NCBI RefSeq assembly: GCF_004010195.1
Contig: NC_057718.1
Span: forward strand, 71,784,433-71,848,432
Direction of reading: 5' to 3'
DNA: 64,000 nt
Source of the DNA: Chiloscyllium plagiosum
Taxonomy: Eukaryota
Part shown: piece by piece, positions 52,496-62,003 of the stretch
Layout: every line of letters begins with the position of its first letter
How positions within the stretch are numbered: the first letter of the stretch is position 1
Notes under the pieces: model-generated
Seen by the model: the letters and a program-made list of their open reading frames with translations, nothing else
Database searches by the model: none
Told to the model about the DNA's origin: nothing
Position numbers and translations under genes: made by a program

Positions 52496-53459
52496 TTTTT
52501 TCCTACACATACTCCATTGCAGTAGTGCTTATATTCCCCACAGCACCCACGCTGTCTGTGGATATGTGCAGAGACTCAACACCACTGTGCAAATAATTTT
52601 GGTTAATATTTCCGCAACCAGGAAAAACACCACGAGGCTAGGGAATCAGTAACAAGCAAAGCTCGATAGGGGCAATGTTTTTCCCTGTTCATATTGGTTA
52701 GCCAGAACATTTTTAAAGTCCTACAGCACAGAGACAGGCCCTTCAGCCCAAACTGTCCATCCTTCCAAATCCCATTTCCCTGCACTTGGTCCATATCCTT
52801 CTAAAGATTTCCTATCCATGTATTTGTCCAAATGATTTTTAAATGTTGCTAATGCATCCACCTCAACCACTTACACTCATTCCATATGCATTTTTTAAAA
52901 TTCATTTGTGGGACTTGGGCATCACTGGCTGGTCAGCCAGCATTGATAACCCATCCCTATTTGCGCTTGAGAAGGTGGTGGTGAGCTATATTCTTGAATC
53001 ACTGCAACCGATTTGCTGTGGGATCATTTCTTTGTTGTGATCTTCTTGCAATTGACACAACTGAGGGGCTCGCTAGGCCATTTCAGAGGGCAGTTGAGAG
53101 TCAACCACATTGATGTGGCTCTGGAGTCACAAGTAGGCAAGACCAGGTAAGGATTGCAGATTTTCTTCCTTTAAAGGGCATTAGTGAACCAAATGAGCTT
53201 TTCCGACTATTGATAATGGTTTCGTGATCATCAGTCGGCTCTTTATTCTAGAATTTTTTTATTGAGTTCAAATTCTAACATCTGTCGTGGCAAGATTTGA
53301 ACCCAGGTCCCCAAAACATTATTCTGGATTTCTGGACGAATTGTTGAGTGATAATACCATTAGGCCATCGCCTCCCCATGCATACCAAAAGGTTGCCCCT
53401 CATGTCCCCTTTCATTCTTTCCTCTCTTATCTTAAACTGAGGCTGTCTAGTCTTCGATT

Positions 53460-54187
53460 TAGGTAAAAACAATGACTGCAGATGCTGGAAACCAGATTGT
53501 GGATTAGTGGTGCTGGAAGAGCACAGCAGTTCAGGCAGCATCCAAGGAGCAGTAAAATCGACGTTTCGGACAAAAGCCCTTCATCAGGAATAAAGCCTGA
53601 AGCATGGAGAGATAAGCTAGAGGAGGGTGGGGGTGGGGAGAAAGTAGCATAGAGTATAATAGGTGAGTGGGGGAGNNNNNNNNNNNNNNNNNNNNNNNNN
53701 NNNNNNNNNNNNNNNNNNNNNNAGGCGTCTGGTGGTGAGGGAGTGGCGGTGAAGGAGGCCCAGGACCTCCATGTCCTCAGCAGAGTGGGAGGGGGAGTTG
53801 AAATGTTGGGCCACAGGGCGGTGTGGTTGATTGGTACAGATGTCCTGGAGATGTTACCTAAAGCGCTCTGCTAGGAGGCGTCCAGTCTCCCCAATGTAGA
53901 GGAGACCGCATCGGGAGCAACGGATACAATAAATGATATTAATGGATGTGCAAGTAAAACTTTGATGGATGATAGGGCCTTGGATGGAGGTGAGGGAGGA
54001 GGTGTGGGCGCAGGTTTTGTAGTTCCTGTGGTGGCAGGGGAAGGTGCCAGAATAGGAGGGTGGGTTGTAGGGGGGCGTGGACCTGACCAGGTAGTCACGG
54101 AGGGAACGGTCTTTGCGGAAGGCGGAAAGGGGTGGGGAGGGAAATATATCCCTGGTGGTGGGGTCTTTTTGGAGGTGGCGGAAATGT
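53460..54187 (-). mobile_element. Penelope-like family 1 variant, 3' fragment, in a CR1 3' end (~52710-54305); contains the 47-N gap 53676-53722
   Basis: GIY-YIG region (AQHFNSPSHSAEDMEVLGL); hammerhead motif at 53560-53587. Confidence 0.85.
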
Positions 54188-54303
54188 CAGCCCCGAGTTC
54201 CCAACCCTGGGAAAAGACTGAGTGCATTCACCCTTTCCAGGCCTCTCATGATCTTATACCATTCCACAAGATCTCCCCTCAGTCTTCTCTGTTCTAAAGG
54301 AAA

Positions 54304-54500
54304 AAGTCAAAAATCACACGACACCAGGTTATAGTCAAAGGTGTTTATTTAAAAACACTAACTTTTGGAGCACTGCTCCTTCATCAGGTGTCAGTGAGCT
54401 CACTAACACCTGATGAAGAAGCAGCACTCTGAATGCTAGTGGCTTCAATTAATCCCATTGGACCAAAACCTGGTGTCAAATGATTTTTGACTTTGTCCAA
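54304..54500. mobile_element. Older Penelope-like family 2 palindromic insertion
   Basis: Same arms as 36207-36436, with two decayed CUGAUGA motifs back to back. Confidence 0.75.
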
Positions 54501-54689
54501 CATTAAATTCAAACTTGATTGAAGTTTGGTATTTTTTGGGGTATAATTTAAACTGATTGGCCTAATTCAAATTCAAATTTGTTTCTGTCTCCTGGCCACC
54601 AGCTACTACACAAGGTTACACTGGATCTTGTTCAGAACACTTGGTACTGTCAGGTAGTTCTGCTAGCTTTTCACTTGCACATCTTCATA

Positions 54690-56560
54690 ACAACTGTCAC
54701 CTCACCCTTCCAGAGTAGGTCCCTCTATATTCTGCATGAGGAACCTTGCCTGAACACACTTAACAAATTCCACCCCATCTAAGCCCTTAACACTATGACA
54801 GTCCCCTTCTTGAACCTCTGCAGTCCCACTTGCAATGGGTTGACCCCCAATGCCATTCGGGAGGGAATTCCAAGATTTTAACCCAATGACAGTGAAGGAA
54901 CACCAATATATTTCCAAGTCAGGGTGGTGAGTGACTTGGAGGGAAATTTGAAGGTGGTCGTCTTCCCACATGACTGCTGCCCTCATTCTTCTAGATGGAA
55001 GTGGTTGTAGGTTTGGAAAGTGCTATCTGAGAATCTTTGGTGAATTTCTGCAATACATCTTGTAAACAGTACATTGCTGAAAATGTGTTGCTGGAAAAGC
55101 GCAGCAGGTCAGGCAGCATCCAAGGAACAGGAGAATCGACGTTTCGGGCATAAGCCCTTCTTCAGGAATGAGGAAAGTGTGTCCAGCAGGCTAAGATAAA
55201 AGGTAGGGAGGAGGGACTTGGGGGAGGGGCGTTGGAAATGCGATAGGTGGAAGGCGACCGTCGGGTTGTTGTGGTTTGGCGGTGGATGAGTCCAATGACC
55301 TGCATATCCTCGGTGGAGTGGGAGGGGGAGTTGAGATGCTGTGCTACAGGTTGGTTGGGTTGGTTCGTCCGGGTGGCCCAGAGGTGCTCCCTGAATCGCT
55401 CCGCAAGTAGGCGGCCTGTCTCCCCAATATAGAGGAGGCCACACCGGCTGCAGCGGATGCAGTAGATGATGTGGGTGGAGGTGCAGGTGAATCTGTGGCG
55501 GATATGGAAGTTTCCCTTGGGGCCTTGGAGAGAAGTGAGGGGGGAGGTGTGGGCGCAAGTGTTGCACCTCCTGCGGTTGCAAGGGAAGGTGCCGGGAGTG
55601 GTGGTTGGGTCGGTGGGGGGTGTGGATCTGACAAGGGAGTCGCGGAGGGAGTGGTCTCTACGGACAGCTGATAGGGGAGGGGAGGGAAATATATCCTTGG
55701 TGCTGGGTCTGTTTGGAGGTGGCGGAAGTGACGGCGGATGATGCGCTGTACATGGAGATTGGTGGGGTGGTAGGTGAGGACCAGTGGGGTTCTGTCCTGG
55801 TGGCGGTTGGAGGGGCGGGGCTCAAGGGCGGAGGAGCAGGAAGTGGAGGAGATGCGGTGGAGGGCATCGTCGACCACGTCTGGGGGGAAATTGTGGTCTT
55901 TGAAGAAGGAGGCCATCTGGGTTGTACGGTTCTTGAACTGGTCCTTCTGGGAGCAGATGCAGTGGAGACGAAGGAATTGGGAATATGGGACGGCGTTTTT
56001 ACAGGGGGCAGGGTGGGAGAAGGTGTAGTCTAGGTAGATGTGGGAGTCGGTCGGTTTATAGTAAATGTCCGTGTTGATTCGGTCGCCCGAGATAGAAATG
56101 GAAAGGTCTAGGAAGGGGAGGGAGGAGGCTGCTACGCTGCTACAAGTTGCAGCTAGTACTGAGTGTTGGAGGGAGTGGATGCTTGTGAATGTGGTGTCAA
56201 TCAAGTGGGCTGCTTTGTCCAGGATAGTGTCAAGCTTCTTGAGTGTTGTTGGGACTGCACTCATCCAGGCAAATGAGGAGTTTTCGATCACCAACCTGAC
56301 GTGTGCCTCATAGATGGTGGACAGGCTTTCGGGAGTCAGCTAAGTTACTTGCCACAGCATTTCTCGGCTCTGACCACAGCATATATGTGGAGAGTCCAGT
56401 TAAACTTCTGAACAATGATAACTCCCAGGATGTTGACAGTGGGGGATTTGGTGATGGCAACATCATTGAATGTCAAAGAGCGGTGGTTAGATTGTCTCTG
56501 TTGGTGATGGTCACAGTCTGGCATTTATGTGGCATGAATGTTATTTGCCACTTTTCAGCT
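54690..56560 (-). mobile_element. L2-clade LINE 3' fragment interrupted by Penelope
   Basis: WMSAVPTTLKKLDTILDKAAHLID; FTVIGLKSWNSLPNG. Confidence 0.78.
55077..56130 (-). mobile_element. Penelope-like family 1 (Neptune-type): RT thumb, Zn linker, GIY-YIG and terminal repeat
   Basis: LPFLDLSI...TDIYYKPTDSH.YLDY.FSHP...YSQFLRL; CNRRRCNTC; HIIYCIRCSRCGLLYIGETGR; intact hammerhead motif at 55138-55165. Confidence 0.93.
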
Positions 56561-57279
56561 AAAGTCCTTCCTGTCTGGCCCAGGTTAACAATTTCAACAA
56601 AGAATCGCAAAGTTAACAAGATCCATCTGGTTCCAGTCACTTGACACTCCATCCCTATAACCCTTTACACCATTGGCAATCAGAAATCTATTAATCTCTT
56701 CCTTAAACATATTCAAGACGGAGTTTCATCAAGCCTCTGTTGGAGAGAATTCCAAGAGTTCACAACACTCCAAGTTAAAAAAAAATCTGATCTTGCATCT
56801 TCGGCCAACACTGTTTGCACTGAGCATTCATCTTAATGTAAGATCAACTTAACCTACACACCCCTCAATTTACTGCAGTCCAGGTGCATGTCCAGCAGTC
56901 GCTTAAATGTCCCTAATGTCTCTGACTCTACTATCACCACTGGCAGTGCATTCCATGCACCTAACACTCCCTGCGTAAAGAACCTAACACTAACATCTCC
57001 CCTATACTTTCCTCCAATCACCTTAAAATTATGACCCCTCTTGACAGCTATTTCTGCCCTGGGGAAACACCTCTGGCTATCTACTCTATGCCTCTCATTA
57101 TCTTGTACACCCCCATCAAGTCACCTCTCTTCCTTTATCTCTCCAGTGTGAAAAGCCCTAGCTCACTCAATATCTTGTCATAAGACACGCCTCCATATCA
57201 GGCAGCATCCTGGTAAATTTCCTCTGGATCCTTTCTAAAGCATTTACATGCTTTCTATAATGAGGCCATCAGAACTGGA

Positions 57280-57378
57280 GTTGAAAAGTGTGGTGCTGGA
57301 AAAACACAGCAGGCCAGGCAGCATCCGAGGAGCAGGAGAATCGATGTTTCGGGCATAAGCCCTTCTTCAGGAATCATG
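57280..57378 (-). mobile_element. Penelope-like family 1 solo terminal repeat
   Basis: Perfect 13-bp TSD catcagaactgga; hammerhead variant at 57343-57370. Confidence 0.88.
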
Positions 57379-57974
57379 CATCAGAACTGGACACAATATT
57401 CCAAGTGTGGTCTAACCAGGGGTTGATAGAGCTGCAGCAAAACCTCATGGCTCTTAAATGCATTCCCCCTGCTAATGAAAGCCAAAACACCATAGGACTT
57501 CTCAACAACCCCATCAACTTGGGTGACAACTTTAAGGGATCTATGTACGTGAAGCCCAAGATCCCACTCACTATTCCTCCACACTGCCAAGAATCCTATC
57601 TTTAACCCTGTATTCAGCATTCAAATTCGACCTTCCAAAATGAATAACTTTGCATTTATCCAGGTTGAACTCCATCTGCACTTCTCAGCCCAGCTCTGAA
57701 TCCTGTTCTAGTCTGCAACAGCCCTCAACATTATCTACAACACCAGCGACTTCTATGTCATCGGCAAACTTACTAGCCCACCCTTCCACTTCTTCATCCA
57801 AGACATTTATAAAACTACAAACAGCAGAGGCCCAAGAACAAATCCCTGATCACCAACTTCCATGCAGAATTCTTCACATCCACTACCACCCGCTGTCTTC
57901 TTTTGGTCAGCCAATTCTGTACCCAGACAGCCAAATTTCCCCGTATCCCATACCTTCTAACTTTCTGAATGAGC

Positions 57975-58201
57975 TGAAAAATGTGTTGCTGGAAAAGTGC
58001 AGCAGGTCAGGCAGCATCCAAGGAGCAGGAGAATCGACATTTCGGGCATAAGCCCTTCTTCAGGAAATAGGATTCCTGAAGAAGGGCTTATGCCCGAAAC
58101 GTCGATTCTCCTGCTTCTTGGATGCTGCCTGACCTGCTGCGCTTTTCCAGCAACACATTTTTCAGCTCTGATCTCCAGCATCTGCAGTCCTCACTTTCTC
58201 C
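57975..58201. mobile_element. Penelope-like family 1 short palindromic insertion
   Basis: Perfect 16-bp TSD aactttctgaatgagc; ~90-bp inverted arms; hammerhead motifs at 58036-58063(-, variant) and 58076-58103(+). Confidence 0.92.
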
Positions 58202-58904
58202 AACTTTCTGAATGAGCCTACTACTGAGAACCTTATCAAATGCATGTCATCCAAAAGATTGTCAACCGCGCCCCAGTCTCTGAAACACCGTTAGAGAACC
58301 CAGACATGATCCTTTTCACAGATGGCTCCAATTTTCGGCCCTCAGGTCACCAAATGCTAGCTGGCTACGTGATATGCACACCGTTTGAAACCCCTGAATC
58401 GGCTGCACTGCTATAAGGGAGTTCTGTGCAAGCAGCCCAACTGTTTGCCCTTACCAGAGCCTGTATACTTGTTGACAAAAGGTCTATTAACATTTACACA
58501 AACTCCAAATCTGCCTTTGGAGTGGTACATAATTTTGGAACCCTGTGGAAACATAGACAATTCATTACCTCTTCTGGAAGGCCCCTGCAGCATGCCCTGT
58601 TCATCAACAACCTTTTACAGGCTATTATACTCCCCTCTGCCTTAGCTGTGATAAAGTATGCCACTCATACTGCTGTTGAGGAAATGCTTCCACTGACCAA
58701 GCTGCTAGACAAGCAGCATTAGCTCCCACTGTATGGGTTCTACAAGCTCCCAAGGCAGGGGAAACAACAAAGGTTTTACAGCTAGTCCAGGGGATACGGG
58801 CAGCACAACACGTTTCACAAGCCGAGAAAGACAGCTGGGCATGCATAGGAGCTACAAAATCCCTTTTAGGGCGAATGATGCACCCTGATGGAAGGTTCAT
58901 ATGC

Positions 58905-58995
58905 CCTGAAGAAGGGCTTATGCCCGAAAAATCGATTCTCCTGTTCCCTGGATGCTGCCTGACCTGCTGCGCTTTTCCAGCAACACATTTTCAGC
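58905..58995 (+). mobile_element. ~90-bp Penelope family 1 repeat inserted in ERV pol
   Basis: TSD tatgccct (58900-58907, 58996-59003); the insert starts at the CUGAAGA core. Confidence 0.88.
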
Positions 58996-60029
58996 TATGC
59001 CCTACTTTAGCCTTACTTGCATGTTCTTGCACTGGCTGGCCATACAGTAGAAGGAGGGATGATACATGCAGTATGACAAGCTTGGTACACACCAGGCTTT
59101 TCAGCAGCAGCACAAATGTCCAACATGCCTACAAAATAATAATGCTAAACCTTTGGCCAAATATGATCATCCGCCGGTTCCAGGCAGACTATTTAATCAT
59201 TTACAGATTAATTTTCTACACATGCCAGCTAAATAGGGTTGAAGTACATGTTGGTAATTGTCGACATGTTTTCTAAATGGGTAGAAGGCCTTCTCCACAG
59301 GGAAAGACGATGCTAAAACTGTGGTCAAATGCCTCATGAAGGATGTGATCCCTAGGTTTATAATCCCAGGGAGTGTTAACAGTAATAGAAGCACTCATTT
59401 TGCTTGGCAGTCACAGGAAATGTCAGTAAAGCATTAGGCGGCACGTGGAAATATCATATTCTGTATCAGCCCCAGTCCTCAGGTATGGTGGAACGGATGA
59501 ATGTACCCCTAAAACCACACCGACAAAGATCTCACAGGACATAGGCCTGCCTTGGCAAGAAGCCGTACCCTTAGCTCTGTATACCATAAGAAACCCTGTA
59601 TACCAACAGAACCACAGGTCTTATCCCATTTGACGTCCTGATGGAAAGACCAATGCCCATGGGGGCAAGAACTCCTAAATTTCCTGTGGATACGGCATCA
59701 CTCTTTACACAGGAAGATCTTCTGGATTATGTCAAAGCGTTCTGTAAGAAGATTGCCCATAACCACGATTGGGTAAAGGAGGCCATTTCCCCACCTGATG
59801 ATGACCCAATGCATCCCTTCCATCCTTGGTACTACGTCATGATAAAATCATTGGAAAAGAATTCTCTCTCTCCTCGGTGGAAGGGCCTGTACCTCATCCT
59901 CCTGGTAATACGGATGGCTGTAAGGTCGTGGGAAGATCTGAGTGGACGCATGGAACCCACTGCAACAGAGCGCCATCCCCGGAGAGACACAAGCAGGAAA
60001 CGTCAGAAGTATTAGCTCACCTGCCATGC

Positions 60030-61508
60030 ACAATATGTAGGAACTGATTGCCATTTCAGTCTCTGTGTTCCTCATTGCTTTGTTCATACTGACTGAGCAT
60101 GAGGGGAACAGGGAAGACAGGATGATGAACTCTTTCACTAGAGAGTTTTATATCAACCCTTTTCTTTACATGACTTAAATTTACTCACAGAAGGTTAGCC
60201 ACTCTAGCTGCTGGGTGTGCACCCATATCTACATAAACTCTAAGGGAGGAATCCCCCTGAGATTTAATAAATTCAAAACAGCTGAATGGCGGTTGGAACA
60301 AAACTGATCATCCGCTTTGCCTACCTGGGGGGAGGTAGGTTTGACTGAGAGTCTTACAACTCTTTTATGTGAGACCATGATGGGGCCAATTATGCTGCCA
60401 ATGATAAGTTAATTTGGTAGTCTGCAGGTGATAATATGAAAAAGTATAAGAGTTGGTTCCAGCCTTACTACAACCTCTTGTATACATCCCTGGTTCTGTT
60501 CCTCACAAATACCACAGGGAAGGGTACACCCAAGGGAACCATCTGCCTTAAATGCAACCATTCATCAGGGTGGAATGCTGGGACCAGTAAATGTGTCCAT
60601 TCCCTGCTCCTTATCACGTCTGTGTGCTGATCAACTTCCACTAAACGTATCCTGGACCTTGAAGTTCTCAACAAGACTACAACAAGTGCCAAGTTCACAA
60701 CTCCTTGGACTGGAACTCAGACCAATTACTTGAGAACTTATAATGGCACATATTTCATTTATGGCCACAAAGCCTACCCCTGGCTGCCACTCTCCTGGAC
60801 TGGTAATTGCTATCTAGGGTATGTTTATTTACCGCTCGCACCCCTCCCCATTCAAACAGCCTTGGCCTCGCACAAAGAGAGCTAACAGTGAGCTGTTCTT
60901 TGCCATTCTTCTTCCCTCTTATGAGACTGCTCTACAGCAATGGAGGTCAGGATATTGACCTCAGTTCTTGAGAAAATAGTGAATGACACGGCGGCAGCCT
61001 TTGACCAACTTAGTGCGCAGGTGGTCGCCATTCACATAGTTGTCCTCCAAAACAGAATGGCTTGAGATTATCGACTGGCTGAGAAAGGGGGCAGTTGTGC
61101 CCTCATTGGCTTAGAATGTTGCACCTACATTCCCAACTCCAGTGAGAACATTATCAACCTTGCCAATCATATTCAGAAGGCTGCCTCCAAGCTGCATAAC
61201 ACTAGCTTCCCTTGGGATCTGTGCAGCTGGATGGGTTGAGGTTCGGTCCCTTAGGATAGGACCTCTTGCAGCGTCTCATTATACTTGTTGTCATTTTCAT
61301 TGTTATTTCCGTTCTTATCATCTGCCTTTCGCAATGTTGTGCATGCTTTGGATCACTATCACTACCCTCAGTTCCATTAACTTCCCAGTTGGTCAAGATC
61401 CTGTTCGCTGAAATCCCTCACCATGATACAGAGGAGTATCCCTTTGATTCCAAGTCTCCACCACCAGATAATCCCCCAGGCTCCGGTTCCAACCGCCTGC
61501 TTTTATAG
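60030..61508 (+). pseudogene. env: Gamma-type retroviral env pseudogene
   Basis: Hydrophobic leader; CWVC at 60209-60220; NGTYF...YPWLP..WTGNCYLG; furin site RTKR at 60869-60880. Immunosuppressive domain LQNRMA*DYRLAEKGG; CX6CC (CALIGLECC) at 61096-61122; TM helix LIILVVIFIVISVLIICL. Stops and frameshifts are present. Confidence 0.92.
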
Positions 61509-61554
61509 GTAATCTTGACTTGCTGCTTTGATCTTATGATCAAAAAGAAAAGTT

Positions 61555-62003
61555 TGTGGAAGCTTATTTTTTGCTGGACTGTATGTTTGCAGCCTTTTTT
61601 TAAAGTCAGTAATGGTGCTGATCTCGCCTTGGGTTGCCCTGTTGCCCTGGGTGAACTTAGTTATGAGCAATTCTGCTTTTCCCACATAACTGTTTCTCTG
61701 TATTCACTTACTAAGCGACGTGCGAATGTAGTGTGCATTGACTCAAGGTCTGAGAAATGATAGCTCATTAATGTACAGTCTTAGCAAGACCTAAACTCTG
61801 CCTGGTAGATGTTCACGATAGCCATCTAGTGACTATTTTGTGGTTCTGTGTCTGATTGAACAAACTGTCAGCTCAGACTATATAAATCCACAGTGATCTG
61901 AAGTGCTTTGAAATTGCATCCATTCTACAGAAGGTGTGCTTCCCATGATATCATGTAATAAAATTTGTCAATGCTCAAGGTCTGAGCTTGGAAAATTTCT
62001 TCA
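61555..62003 (+). promoter_or_regulatory. ERV 3' LTR (~449 bp)
   Basis: Purine tract aaaaagaaaag, then TG...CA; TATATAAA at 61879-61886; AATAAA at 61957-61962. Confidence 0.7.

Larger units (their letters stand above)
56560..58242 (-). mobile_element. CR1 3' fragments with two short Penelope insertions
   Basis: LGLHVHRSLKV...LVRPHLEYCVQF; ends abruptly at AFDKV, where the ERV begins. Confidence 0.88.
58243..62003 (+). mobile_element. Endogenous retrovirus, class I/epsilon-like, 5'-truncated (RNase H-IN-env-3' LTR)
   Basis: RNase H: PLENPDMILFTDGS...VQAAQLFALTRAC...INIYTNSKSAFGVVHNFGTLWK. Integrase: HLQINF...LVIVDMFSKWVE...VIPRF...PQSSGMVERMN...PRWKG. env and LTR follow. Confidence 0.93.

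Noticed and set aside
55344..56294. 316-aa ORF as a novel gene
   Set aside because: Chance in-frame join of an L2 fragment to a 5'-truncated Penelope RT thumb, which then shifts out of the GIY-YIG frame.
15487..58995. CRISPR-like array from the recurring ~90-bp hairpin-containing repeat
   Set aside because: Copies are dispersed, in both orientations, TSD-flanked and attached to Penelope coding sequence; there is no spacer periodicity and no cas genes.
60030..61508. Co-opted syncytin-like env
   Set aside because: Multiple stops and frameshifts, including TGA at 61063-61065 inside the ISD.
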